Source: a virus (Duplodnaviria; Caudoviricetes). From it: a stretch of DNA of 24,010 bases. A model generated the notes under the pieces. It was not told the DNA's origin, did not search any database, and saw only the letters and a program-made list of their open reading frames with translations. Numbering within the stretch: position 1 is the first letter of the stretch; each line of letters starts with the position of its first letter. Position numbers and translations under genes: made by a program. Positions 1 to 8,416 of the stretch are shown here, piece after piece. The stretch is from IMG/VR virus record IMGVR_UViG_3300026254_000012, positions 1 through 24,010 of that record; one strand, given 5' to 3'.

Positions 1-1
1 T

Positions 2-112
2 GAGCTGGTGATCCTCGTCAACCGCGAGCTGAAGTCATTCCGCGCCCGCTGGCCGGCCGCATCGCCAGAGCCCTGGCTTGATCCTGTGGGGGCGCATCTG
101 GAGGCTGGTTGA
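2..112 (+). CDS. 3' end of an upstream phage hypothetical protein (partial)
   Basis: Open frame from the window edge reads ELVILVNRELKSFRARWPAASPEPWLDPVGAHLEAG* with GC3-rich codons and a TGA at 110-112. The start lies outside the window. Confidence 0.55.
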   Translation, partial: ELVILVNRELKSFRARWPAASPEPWLDPVGAHLEAG

Positions 113-160
113 CGTGGAGAGAAAATTTGACGTAGCTTCACCACAACGAAAAGGGTTCAG
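109..160 (+). promoter_or_regulatory. Putative late-operon promoter region
   Basis: TTGACGT occurs twice (109-115 and 127-133), resembling sigma70 -35 elements, directly upstream of the structural operon. No clear -10 box. Confidence 0.35.
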
Positions 161-190
161 AGGCGAGTCGCACAGCGGCCCGCCTTTTTT
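161..190 (+). terminator. Intrinsic terminator-like hairpin with U-tract
   Basis: AGGCG-A-GTCGC-ACA-GCGGC-C-CGCCT stem-loop (161-185) running into a T6 tract (185-190). Confidence 0.65.
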
Positions 191-257
191 GTTGCCTTTT
201 CGCGGCTGACCAAGGTGTCGGCAAAACGGTTCCGGGCGGAACCATTTCGGGGGCACC

Positions 258-833
258 ATGACGGGCGTATCGATCCGCTGGGCTGACGATTACCTGCGCC
301 ACTATGCCGAGGTGCTGGACAAGGTGAACCGGGAAAACCCGAAGATCCTGCCGCGCATCGTCAACCAGGTGGGTAATCGGGCCAAGACGCAAGTCATCCG
401 CAACCTGACCCGGCAGACTGGTCTGCCGCGCAAGACCATCGTCGCGGCTGTCGGCAATCCTGCCACGGCGCGGGCCAATGGCCGGCTGTCGTACGAGATG
501 ACCACGCGGGGCGGCTTCATCCGCCTCAAGTACCTGGCGCCGCGCGAGACGCGGCAGGGCGTGGTGGCCAAGCCATTCGGACAGCCCAAGATCTTCGCTG
601 GGGCGTTCATGCGCGGCGGCCAATGGCCCCGTAGGGTGGCCGTGCCGAAGTTCGGCGGGCATGTCATGCAGCGGCTGGATAGCGCGGGCAGGCGGCTCAC
701 CCAGGTGCGGTCGCAGGTGCGCATCCCGCATGAGATGACCGTCGGCGCCACCAAGGCAGCGTTCGAGCGCACGGCCGCGCCACTCCTGCGCAAGCGGGTC
801 GAGGCCATGCTGATCAGGCGCTTCGGCCTCTGA
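258..833 (+). CDS. Phage minor tail / tail-completion protein (lambda gpZ-like)
   Basis: 191 aa, very basic. The pattern RIVNQVGNRAKTQVIRNLTRQTGLPRKTI ... FAGAFM resembles minor tail protein Z family members. Confidence 0.65.
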   Translation: MTGVSIRWADDYLRHYAEVLDKVNRENPKILPRIVNQVGNRAKTQVIRNLTRQTGLPRKTIVAAVGNPATARANGRLSYEMTTRGGFIRLKYLAPRETRQGVVAKPFGQPKIFAGAFMRGGQWPRRVAVPKFGGHVMQRLDSAGRRLTQVRSQVRIPHEMTVGATKAAFERTAAPLLRKRVEAMLIRRFGL

Positions 834-850
834 CACCCACCCCCTCGGTT

Positions 851-906
851 GGGTCCTTCCCGGCCTCTGCGTTCGCGCGGGTCGGCGGACTTGCGGGATT
901 TTTCTA
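851..906 (+). other. Lambda-like cos packaging site (cosQ plus cosN)
   Basis: GGGTCCT at 851-857 is identical to lambda cosQ. GGTCGGCGGACT at 880-891 matches the lambda cohesive end GGGCGGCGACCT at 9/12 positions. It is followed by TGCGGGATTTTTCTA (lambda CGCGGGTTTTCGCTA) and lies just upstream of the terminase genes. Confidence 0.75.
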
Positions 907-928
907 GTGCGCGGCTTTGCAAGCGATA

Positions 929-963
929 CACGCATCACACGTGTTTGCACGTGTGGCTGCACG
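929..963. repeat. CACG repeat cluster with a perfect inverted repeat (candidate cosB / TerS binding sites)
   Basis: CACG at 929, 938, 948 and 960. CACACGTG (936-943) and CACGTGTG (948-955) are reverse complements separated by TTTG. Confidence 0.55.
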
Positions 964-974
964 GAAGGCGACAC

Positions 975-1577
975 ATGTCGGAAGAATGGATCTCCATCAC
1001 GGATGCGGCCAAGCGCTTGAGCGCGGCTGGGGACGTGGTCGATCGCTCGACCCTGTCGCGCTATGTCGGCCAGCACGCCGAGGCGCTACCCACCCGGCGC
1101 GAGGGAAAGTCGAACCTGATCGAATTCGGAACCTTGGCCCAGCACCGGGCCGAGAATATCCGGCTGCAGCAGTCGCGTCGCTCTCCCGAGCCGCCGACTG
1201 TGGCGCCGGATGCTGGGCCGCGTCTGCCGACGCAAATCAGTGCGGCGGCGCGTGACAAAGAGGCAGCGGCGGCGCTGCGCGAGCTGGAGCTTGCGCGCGA
1301 GCTGCGCCAGATCACCAGCGTGCGCGAAGTTGCGGACGCGGCCCAGACTGCCATCGTGCGCATGCGCGGCGCCTTCGAACGTGCTGTCGAGGGCGAGGCG
1401 ACAACGCTGGCGCTCAAGCATGGCTGGGATGAACGCAAGGTTCGCCTGGCACTCAAGACTTTCGCCCAGACCGGGCTGGAGGTCTTTCACCGTGAAATGC
1501 TCGAACGGATCGACGCCATGCAGCGCGCCGATGATGCCGGCGAGCCGTACCAGGAAGAATTGTCGGTTCTCCAATGA
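975..1577 (+). CDS. Terminase small subunit (Nu1-like position, N-terminal HTH)
   Basis: ATG at 975 with GGAAGG RBS at 963-968, giving 200 aa. HTH-like WISITDAAKRL...DRSTLSRYV and a coiled-coil AAALRELELARELRQ. ATGA overlap with the large subunit. Confidence 0.75.
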   Translation: MSEEWISITDAAKRLSAAGDVVDRSTLSRYVGQHAEALPTRREGKSNLIEFGTLAQHRAENIRLQQSRRSPEPPTVAPDAGPRLPTQISAAARDKEAAAALRELELARELRQITSVREVADAAQTAIVRMRGAFERAVEGEATTLALKHGWDERKVRLALKTFAQTGLEVFHREMLERIDAMQRADDAGEPYQEELSVLQ

Positions 1578-3673
1578 GCTTGCACTTTTCGCTGCGCGAG
1601 CAGTTCCCTGCCATGCCACGCGGCGAGCAGGTGCTGTTTGCTGCCCTGGCGAAGGCCAGCAAGCCGATCGAGAACCTGACGATCACCGAATATGCCGAGC
1701 GACACCGCAAGGTTTCGCCGGAATCGGGTTCGCCCTGGGCCGGTGACTTCCGCATCAGTCGGACGCCCTATCTGCGCGAACCACAGGATTGCCTGCACCC
1801 CGATCACCCCGCACGGCGTGTCACGGCCCGCTGGGCCGCCCAGCTTGGCAAGTCGACCGCGATCGAGAACTGGTTCTGCTACACGGTCGACCAGGCACCC
1901 GGCTCGATGATGATCGTGCTGCCGACGCTCGAAGAGGCGACCAAGTTCAACCGGGTCAAGCTGCAGCCGACGATCGAGGCCTCGCCGCGCATCGCCCACA
2001 AGGTGCGGCCGGTGAGCAGTCGCGACGAACAGGGATCGACAACGGCGTTCAAGCGCTTCGGCGGCGGCTTCTGCCAGATCGTCAATGCCGGCTCTTCCAA
2101 GGGCCTGCAGATGGTCTCGATCAAGAACCTGGCCATGGACGAAGTGACGGGCTATCCGCGCGACGTCGATGGTCGCGGCAGCCCGCGCGACCAGGCGCGA
2201 GCCCGACAGAAAATGTACGGTGACCTCGCCAAGGAATGGGAAGGTTCGACGCCCGGCGAAGTCGGCGAGTGCGCGATCACCGAGGATTACGAGGCGGGCG
2301 ATCAGCGCGAATATTTCGTGCCATGCCCGCGTTGCGGCGACTACCACCCGTTGCGCTTCGACCAGATGCGACCCGCCGATGAGGCGCTCGGCCTTCCCGT
2401 GCACATGCGGTGCATGAGCTGTGATGGCGTACTGCTGGACGGTCACAAGCCAGACATGCTCGCCGAGGGCGTCTGGATCCCGCTGCGCGTGGCCGACGAC
2501 GCCGACGAAAAGGTGCCGACGGTCATCAAGCCAGCTGACCTCGACAAATGGCGGTGTGACCCTTGCGAGGGCCGCTGCCGCGATTGGCAGCCGAGCTATC
2601 ATCTCTGGGCGGCCTATGCGCCGCGCGAGCGCTGGGCCGAGATCTGGGATCGCTGGGAAAAGGCGCAGGGCGACACAACCAAGCTGCGCACGTTTTCGCA
2701 GCAGGATCTGGCGCAGCCATACGATCCGGGCGGCGAGGCCGTCGACTGGGAGAAGATCGCCCAGGCGGCGCGGTCGATCCAACATGTTCGCGGGTCGGTG
2801 CCACCCGATGCCGGTCTGATCGTGTCGACCGCCGACGTGCAGAGCTACGGCATCAAGTGGGCGGCCTGGGGGATCGGCCCGCGTGAGCAGATGTATCTGC
2901 TCGACCGGGAAGTGTTCGAAGGGTCGCCAGACCAGACCGATGAGCCGTGGATCGCCTTGGCCGATGCGCTCGGGCGGACCTATCGCGCCGGCAGTGGCGA
3001 GCGAGGAATTGACCTCTCGGGCGTCGACTCCGGCTATGCGACAAACCGCGTTTATCTGTTCACGCGGGCACGCCCGAACGTGTTCGCCCTTGACGGCCGT
3101 CCACGTAAGGCCGGTGCTGCCTGGCTCGGCAGCCCGACCAAGCAGACGGTCAAGGATCAACGCGGCCGCGCTATCGCCAAGGCCCTGGTCTATCCGGTCT
3201 ATGGCCACGACATTAAGTCGGCGGTGATGGCTGGTCTCGCCAATCTGGTGGCTGGCCCGAGCGCCACCGGTCAGTGGCCACGCAACACGTTGCACCTGTC
3301 GCCGGAACTGGCCGACGAAAACTTCATCAAGGAACTGACGGCCGAACGGCTGGTCGATCCGGATGAAGAGGCGCGCAATTCGGTGTCGCGCCGGGCGCGC
3401 CATCTGATCAACCCGCACAAGCCGCGCGAGTGGAAAAAGATCGTCGGGCGGCAAAACGACTGGCTCGACGTCGCCGTGTACGCCAAGGCGCTCGCCTGGC
3501 ACCTGCAGGCCCGCATGCGGCTCAATGAGCAGCTGTGGGCCGAACTGCTGCTGGCCGTTCACGGTCAACCGCAAACGCCCGATCTCTTCGACAGCAGCAA
3601 TGGCCCGTTCGAGCCAAAGGCCGTCGAGGCGCCCACCGTCAAGCCAGCGATCGCCAAGAGCGACTGGATCTAG
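1574..3673 (+). CDS. Terminase large subunit, lambda GpA family
   Basis: 699 aa. TPYLREPQD, Walker A-like AAQLGKST, Walker B LAMDEV, STP motif, CPRC...CMSC, ADVQ and VDSGY nuclease motifs, and NDWLD. Confidence 0.95.
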   Translation: MSLHFSLREQFPAMPRGEQVLFAALAKASKPIENLTITEYAERHRKVSPESGSPWAGDFRISRTPYLREPQDCLHPDHPARRVTARWAAQLGKSTAIENWFCYTVDQAPGSMMIVLPTLEEATKFNRVKLQPTIEASPRIAHKVRPVSSRDEQGSTTAFKRFGGGFCQIVNAGSSKGLQMVSIKNLAMDEVTGYPRDVDGRGSPRDQARARQKMYGDLAKEWEGSTPGEVGECAITEDYEAGDQREYFVPCPRCGDYHPLRFDQMRPADEALGLPVHMRCMSCDGVLLDGHKPDMLAEGVWIPLRVADDADEKVPTVIKPADLDKWRCDPCEGRCRDWQPSYHLWAAYAPRERWAEIWDRWEKAQGDTTKLRTFSQQDLAQPYDPGGEAVDWEKIAQAARSIQHVRGSVPPDAGLIVSTADVQSYGIKWAAWGIGPREQMYLLDREVFEGSPDQTDEPWIALADALGRTYRAGSGERGIDLSGVDSGYATNRVYLFTRARPNVFALDGRPRKAGAAWLGSPTKQTVKDQRGRAIAKALVYPVYGHDIKSAVMAGLANLVAGPSATGQWPRNTLHLSPELADENFIKELTAERLVDPDEEARNSVSRRARHLINPHKPREWKKIVGRQNDWLDVAVYAKALAWHLQARMRLNEQLWAELLLAVHGQPQTPDLFDSSNGPFEPKAVEAPTVKPAIAKSDWI

Positions 3674-3685
3674 GGAAGCAAGACC

Positions 3686-3874
3686 ATGACGATCGACGAA
3701 CAGATCGCTGCCCTTGAGGAAGCGATCGGCAGCGGCGTGCGCCGCGTGGTGACCCAATCCAACGGGGTGCGCACCGAGATCGAATATCAGTCGCTCGATG
3801 CCATGCAGACTGCTCTCGCCAACCTCAAGGCGCGGCAGAGCAAGGCGCCGCGCACAATCCTTGCGGGGTTCTGA
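3686..3874 (+). CDS. Head-tail joining protein, lambda gpW-like
   Basis: 62 aa between terminase and portal. QIAALEEAIGSGVRRV...IEYQSLDAMQ is the typical pattern. Confidence 0.85.
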   Translation: MTIDEQIAALEEAIGSGVRRVVTQSNGVRTEIEYQSLDAMQTALANLKARQSKAPRTILAGF

Positions 3875-5367
3875 TGGATTTCAAGCTCAACCTGCTCGAC
3901 CGGGCGATTGGCTATCTCTCGCCGGCGACGGCGGTGAAGCGTGTCGCCCGCCGCGCCATGATGGCCGAGCTGCAGCGCGGCTATTCCGGCGCCGATCGTG
4001 GCCGGTTCCGGGGTGGATGGCAGACCCGCGCCACTTCGGCCGACACCGAGATTGCTGCGGCCGGCCAGCTGCTGCGCGACCGCATGCGCGACCTTGTGCG
4101 CAACAATCCGCTGGCGGCCAATGCCGTCGCCCTGATGGTCACCCATGCCATCGGTGACGGCATCGTGCCGGTGTTCAAGGATCCAAAGGTCAAGGCGGTG
4201 TTCGACCGTTGGGCCAAGCGGGTCAACTTCTACGGGGTGCAGGCCCTCGCCGTCCGCGAAATGATCGAGGGCGGCGAAGGCCTGGTGCGCCGGGAATGGC
4301 TGCCCATGGGGTCGGCCGAAGTGCCCCTGCAGCTGCAGGTGCTCGAAGCTGACCAGATCGACAGCCGCAAGGATGCCAGTTTCGGAGGCGCGGGCCAGAA
4401 CGCGATCCAAGGGATCGAGATCGAGAACGGCCGGCCAAGAGCGTATTGGCTGTTCAAGGAACATCCCGGCAGCAAGCTGCTTGGTGGCATGGGCGCCCTG
4501 CTCTCAACGGCCGTGCCGGCCAGCGAGATCGCCCATGTGTTCGAAAAGCAGCGCACCCAGGTGCGCGGCGTTCCTTGGGGTGCGCCGGCGATTGCAAACC
4601 TGCACGACCTCGAAGAGTACAAGGTCGCCGAGCGGATGCGAAAGCGGCTGGAGGCCTGTCTGGTCGGCATCATGACCGGTGGCGAAGCCGATGACGCGAT
4701 TGGGATTCTGCCAGCAGCCGGGCAAGCACCGGGGATTTATGACGTTCACGGCCAGCGGGTCGAGAAGTTCGCGCCCGGCATGTTCTACAACGCTGTCGGT
4801 GGCCGTGACGTCAAGTTTACGCAGCCGGCCGCGACCGGTGACTATCCGAGCTATGTGGAATCGGAAGAGCACGCGATCGCCGCTGGCTTTCGCATGCCGC
4901 ACTTCATTCTGACCGGGCGCCTCGACCAGGTAAACTATTCGTCCAGCAAGGTGGGGATCGAAGTTTTCAAGCGCGAGATCTCGCAGCTGCAATGGCTGTC
5001 GATCATTCCGATGCTGTGCGAACCGATGATCGGCTGGTTTCTCGATGCGGCCTGGCTCGCCGGCGCCATCGACAGCACAAATGTCGAATACGACTGGGTT
5101 CCGCCCCGGTTCTATTCGGCCGATCCGATGCGCGACCTCAATGCCCAGAAGGCCGAGGTGCGCGCCGGCTTCAAGTCCTGGTCGGCGGCTGTCGCCGAAC
5201 GGGGCGAGGATCCGGAAGCAACGGCCCAGCAGCTCGCCGACGACAACAATCGGTTCGACAAGCTCGGGCTCGTGCTGGACGTCGACCCACGGACCATGTC
5301 GCAGGCCGGGCAGCTCCAGAAGCCGCCCTCGGCGCCGTCCGATAAACCGAAGGAAAAAGAGGAATGA
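3874..5367 (+). CDS. Portal protein, lambda family
   Basis: 497 aa with LRDRMRDLVRNNPLA, QVRGVPW, LTGRLDQVNYSS and DPMRD motifs. TGATG overlap with gpW. Confidence 0.95.
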   Translation: MDFKLNLLDRAIGYLSPATAVKRVARRAMMAELQRGYSGADRGRFRGGWQTRATSADTEIAAAGQLLRDRMRDLVRNNPLAANAVALMVTHAIGDGIVPVFKDPKVKAVFDRWAKRVNFYGVQALAVREMIEGGEGLVRREWLPMGSAEVPLQLQVLEADQIDSRKDASFGGAGQNAIQGIEIENGRPRAYWLFKEHPGSKLLGGMGALLSTAVPASEIAHVFEKQRTQVRGVPWGAPAIANLHDLEEYKVAERMRKRLEACLVGIMTGGEADDAIGILPAAGQAPGIYDVHGQRVEKFAPGMFYNAVGGRDVKFTQPAATGDYPSYVESEEHAIAAGFRMPHFILTGRLDQVNYSSSKVGIEVFKREISQLQWLSIIPMLCEPMIGWFLDAAWLAGAIDSTNVEYDWVPPRFYSADPMRDLNAQKAEVRAGFKSWSAAVAERGEDPEATAQQLADDNNRFDKLGLVLDVDPRTMSQAGQLQKPPSAPSDKPKEKEE

Positions 5368-5987
5368 CCCTGTCGTCTCTTCCCATGCAGGTGCGCGCCT
5401 TTGCCAGCACCAACCAGGTCGACCCGGACAAGCGGACGGTCGAAGTGGTCTTTGCCACCGAAACCCCGGTTCGCCGCCGCCGCTATGAAGGCTGGGAAAG
5501 GGTGATCGACTTTGACGAGATCCTGACCATCAGCAAGTCGGCGATCGACTTCACCCGGCTCAATGCCGGCGCTCCGGTTCTCGACAGCCATGCACGCTAT
5601 TCGACCAGCAGCCAGCGTGGCGTGGTCGACAAGGCTTGGATCGATGGCACCGAAGCGCGCGCCCTGCTGCGCTTTCCCGCTGCCGGCATCGATCAGGATG
5701 CCGACCGGCTGTTCGGCCTGATCGCCGACGGCATCGTGCGTAATGTTTCGGCCGGCTACACGCTACAGAAGATCAAGATCATCGAGCCGGAAAAGCGCGG
5801 CGAGGTGCAGAAGGTCATTGCCCAGCGTTGGACCCCCACCGAGATCTCTTTCGTCACCGTGCCCGCCGATCACGCCTCGGGCGTGCGGGCCGATGATCCT
5901 AAGCAGCTCTTCGACGTCGAGCTGGACAATTCTGCTGCTGCGGTCGCTGCCGCCCGCATGCGCATGCGTCAGGCCCAACTGGCCTAG
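5364..5987 (+). CDS. Prohead maturation protease (HK97/caudovirus family)
   Basis: 207 aa with VLDSH (catalytic His), RNVSAGY (catalytic Ser) and EISFVTVPAD motifs, directly after the portal. Confidence 0.9.
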   Translation: MTLSSLPMQVRAFASTNQVDPDKRTVEVVFATETPVRRRRYEGWERVIDFDEILTISKSAIDFTRLNAGAPVLDSHARYSTSSQRGVVDKAWIDGTEARALLRFPAAGIDQDADRLFGLIADGIVRNVSAGYTLQKIKIIEPEKRGEVQKVIAQRWTPTEISFVTVPADHASGVRADDPKQLFDVELDNSAAAVAAARMRMRQAQLA

Positions 5988-6092
5988 CGCACCTCCCTTT
6001 ACGGTCAGTCGGGCAGTTCCGCCTGCCGCTGCCGCCTGTCAGGCGGATGCCTTTTCGCGCCCTTAGGCAAGGCACTCTCATGAGGAAACAGG

Positions 6093-7580
6093 ATGAAGAC
6101 CCTCAAGCAGTTGCGGGCTGAGCGCGATACTCTCACGTCGCAGGCATCGGCCAAGATCAAGGAAATCACCGACGGCATGGACGCTGAAAAGGTCCGGTCC
6201 ATCGAAGAAGAGCACGAAGGCCTGCTCGGCCAGATCCGTGCGCTGTCGATGGAAATCAAACAGCGTGAAGCTGCCGGCGAGACTGATGACGACAGTGGCG
6301 AAGGCCGTCAGGCTCCGGTCGACGCCGAGGCCACCCGTGCCGCCGAAACCACTCGCGTCACCGCGATCATGGATATGGCCGAACGCGCAGGGCGTAATGA
6401 TCTGGTCCGCGCAGCCATTGCGGGCAACGTCACCGTCGATGCTTTCCGCGCCCAGTTGTTCGACCAACTGGTCGGCACCCAGGCGCCGGTCAACGGCAAC
6501 ACCCGCGTGCAGGTTGGCACTGACGCCACCGAGACCACCCGCGCGGCCATGACCGAGGCGCTCTCCTATGGCCTGGGCGTCCGCGTTCCGGAAGCCGGGC
6601 CGTCCGAAGCTGCCCGCCAGTTCATGGGGCGCGGCGTGATCGACCTCGCCGCCGAGAGCATCAACTATCGCGGCGGCCGCATTCTCAACGCCCGCCAGAT
6701 CGACGAAATCATGACCCGTGCTTCGCACTCGACTTCGGATTTCCCGGCGATCTTCGAAAACGCCCTCAACCGCACCCTCGAAGGCCGCTATGCCCTGGCG
6801 CAGCCGACCTTCAAGCCGTTCACCCGGCAGCGCAACTATCGCGATTTCCGGCCGCACACTTCGGTGAGCGTCGGCGACTTCCCGATGCTGCAGAAGGTGC
6901 TGGAGACCGGCGAGATCAAGGCCGGCACCTTCGGGGAAGGCAAGGAAACCACCCAGGCCTTCAGCTATGCGCGGCGGATCCAGATCACCCGACAGATGCT
7001 GATCAATGATGACCTGGGGGCGATCGCTGATCTGCTGTCGAGCTATGGTGCGACGGTGGCCCTGTTCGAGGAAATCACCTTCTACTCGCTGGCCTTCAAC
7101 GCGAAGCTGGCCGACGGCAAGACGGTGTTCCATGCCGATCACAATAACATCGGCACGGCGAGCGTCATCGACGTCGACAACATCGGCAAGGGCCGGGCGG
7201 CCATGGGCAAGCAGAAGTCCAAGGATGGCAATCCGCTGCTTTCCAACAGCCCGCGCTTCCTGCTGACCGGCCCCGACAAATCGACCGAAGCTGAGAAGCT
7301 GCTGGCGACGATCACGCCGGCGACGGCAAGCGCTGTGAACCCGTTCTCGGGCAAGCTTCAGCCGATCGAAACCAGCCAGATCGAGGGTAATGCTTGGCAT
7401 CTGATCGGCGCACCTGAGATGGGCAGCAACTGGCGTTGGGGTTACCTCGAAGGCTACGAGGCGCCGCGCGTGCGAATGGAAGAGCCGTTCGGCACCCAGG
7501 GCTTCGGCATGTCGGTCGAGCACGACTTCGGTTGTGGCGCCGTCGATTCCCGCTTCGCCTGGAAGAACGCCGGCCTGTAA
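6093..7580 (+). CDS. Major capsid protein with N-terminal scaffold region (Mu gpT-like capsid domain)
   Basis: 495 aa with GAGG RBS. HSTSDFP, ITRQMLINDDLG, DGKTVFHADHNN, PRFLL, GYLEGYEAP and DFGCGAVDSR motifs. Confidence 0.9.
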   Translation: MKTLKQLRAERDTLTSQASAKIKEITDGMDAEKVRSIEEEHEGLLGQIRALSMEIKQREAAGETDDDSGEGRQAPVDAEATRAAETTRVTAIMDMAERAGRNDLVRAAIAGNVTVDAFRAQLFDQLVGTQAPVNGNTRVQVGTDATETTRAAMTEALSYGLGVRVPEAGPSEAARQFMGRGVIDLAAESINYRGGRILNARQIDEIMTRASHSTSDFPAIFENALNRTLEGRYALAQPTFKPFTRQRNYRDFRPHTSVSVGDFPMLQKVLETGEIKAGTFGEGKETTQAFSYARRIQITRQMLINDDLGAIADLLSSYGATVALFEEITFYSLAFNAKLADGKTVFHADHNNIGTASVIDVDNIGKGRAAMGKQKSKDGNPLLSNSPRFLLTGPDKSTEAEKLLATITPATASAVNPFSGKLQPIETSQIEGNAWHLIGAPEMGSNWRWGYLEGYEAPRVRMEEPFGTQGFGMSVEHDFGCGAVDSRFAWKNAGL

Positions 7581-7600
7581 CGCGGCCTAGCTCCTGACTG

Positions 7601-7629
7601 TCGGCCGCGCCTTTGTTGAGCGCGGCCGA
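7601..7629. repeat. Stem-loop downstream of the capsid gene (weak terminator or mRNA-stabilising hairpin)
   Basis: Perfect 10-bp arms TCGGCCGCGC (7601-7610) and GCGCGGCCGA (7620-7629), with no strong U-tract. Confidence 0.6.
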
Positions 7630-7667
7630 TCGGGCTTTCCCAACATCACAGATCCAAGGGGATCAGA

Positions 7668-7997
7668 ATGAAGAACTTCCTTTCGAGCGGTGCGACCGTC
7701 ACCGTTACCACTGCCGGCGCCAAGACGTCGGGCAGTGTCTATTTTGCCGGCGACATCGGCGGCGTGGCCGGTCATGACGCCGCTGCCAGTGAGCCGGTCG
7801 TGCTGCACCTGGTCGGCGTGTTCCAGTTGCCCAAGGCGACTGGGCAGGCCTGGACCGTCGGTGCCAAGCTCTATTGGGATGCCGGCAATTCTGTCTGCAC
7901 GACCGACGACAATACCGGCGCCAATAAGGCGATTGGCCACGCGGTTGAAGCCGCCCTGACCGCTGACACGGTCGGCACCGTTCGCCTGTCGAACTAA
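7668..7997 (+). CDS. DUF2190-family capsid-associated (cement/decoration-like) protein
   Basis: 109 aa with MKNF...GVFQLPKA...GAKLYWD...IGHAVEAA...VRL, immediately after the capsid gene. Confidence 0.85.
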   Translation: MKNFLSSGATVTVTTAGAKTSGSVYFAGDIGGVAGHDAAASEPVVLHLVGVFQLPKATGQAWTVGAKLYWDAGNSVCTTDDNTGANKAIGHAVEAALTADTVGTVRLSN

Positions 7998-8002
7998 CCG
8001 CC

Positions 8003-8392
8003 ATGGCGAACTGGCAGAACCTGACAGCGATGGCGACCCGGACGGCCGACCGACTGTTCGGGGAGCCGGTTCGCCTTTCCTTTCTCAAGGGCGGCCTTGA
8101 GGATCCCGGCCGGCCCATGCTGGATCTTCGGGCGCAGCTCCATCTGCCCGGTGAAAGTGACGTGGTGCCGTCGCGCAGCAATTCGTCTTTCACCACGCAC
8201 TTGGTGGGCGGCACCGGCCTGCTGATCATTCAGAAGGCCAGTTTCAACGGCATTTTGAAACAGGGTGACAAGGTGCGGGCAGATGCCCGCGACGGCCAGC
8301 CCTGGTTCGAAATCGGCACGGTCGACGCCAATGGCGCCGGTCAGATCGTCGCGCAGATCTCGCTATCCACCAAGGCGAGACCCGCGCCCTAG
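8003..8392 (+). CDS. Putative head-tail joining / head closure protein
   Basis: 129 aa. DRLFGEPV and LKQGDKV patterns, in the position of lambda FII-like genes. Confidence 0.6.
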   Translation: MANWQNLTAMATRTADRLFGEPVRLSFLKGGLEDPGRPMLDLRAQLHLPGESDVVPSRSNSSFTTHLVGGTGLLIIQKASFNGILKQGDKVRADARDGQPWFEIGTVDANGAGQIVAQISLSTKARPAP

Positions 8393-8416
8393 TTCAACGT
8401 TCGAAGCGAGGCCAAC

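Noticed and set aside
849-974. 42-codon N-terminal extension of terS shown in the ORF track
   Set aside because: It overlaps the cos-like site and has no RBS. ATG 975 has a good RBS and starts the HTH.
1487-3757. 756-aa minus-strand ORF opposite the terminase
   Set aside because: Shadow frame caused by GC3-biased codons, with no recognisable motifs. The same applies to 6078-7523, 12301-13674 and 17590-18771.
5985-6093. TAG read-through fusing protease to capsid (both are in the same frame)
   Set aside because: A second in-frame stop (TGA 6081-6083) intervenes, and the capsid gene has its own RBS.
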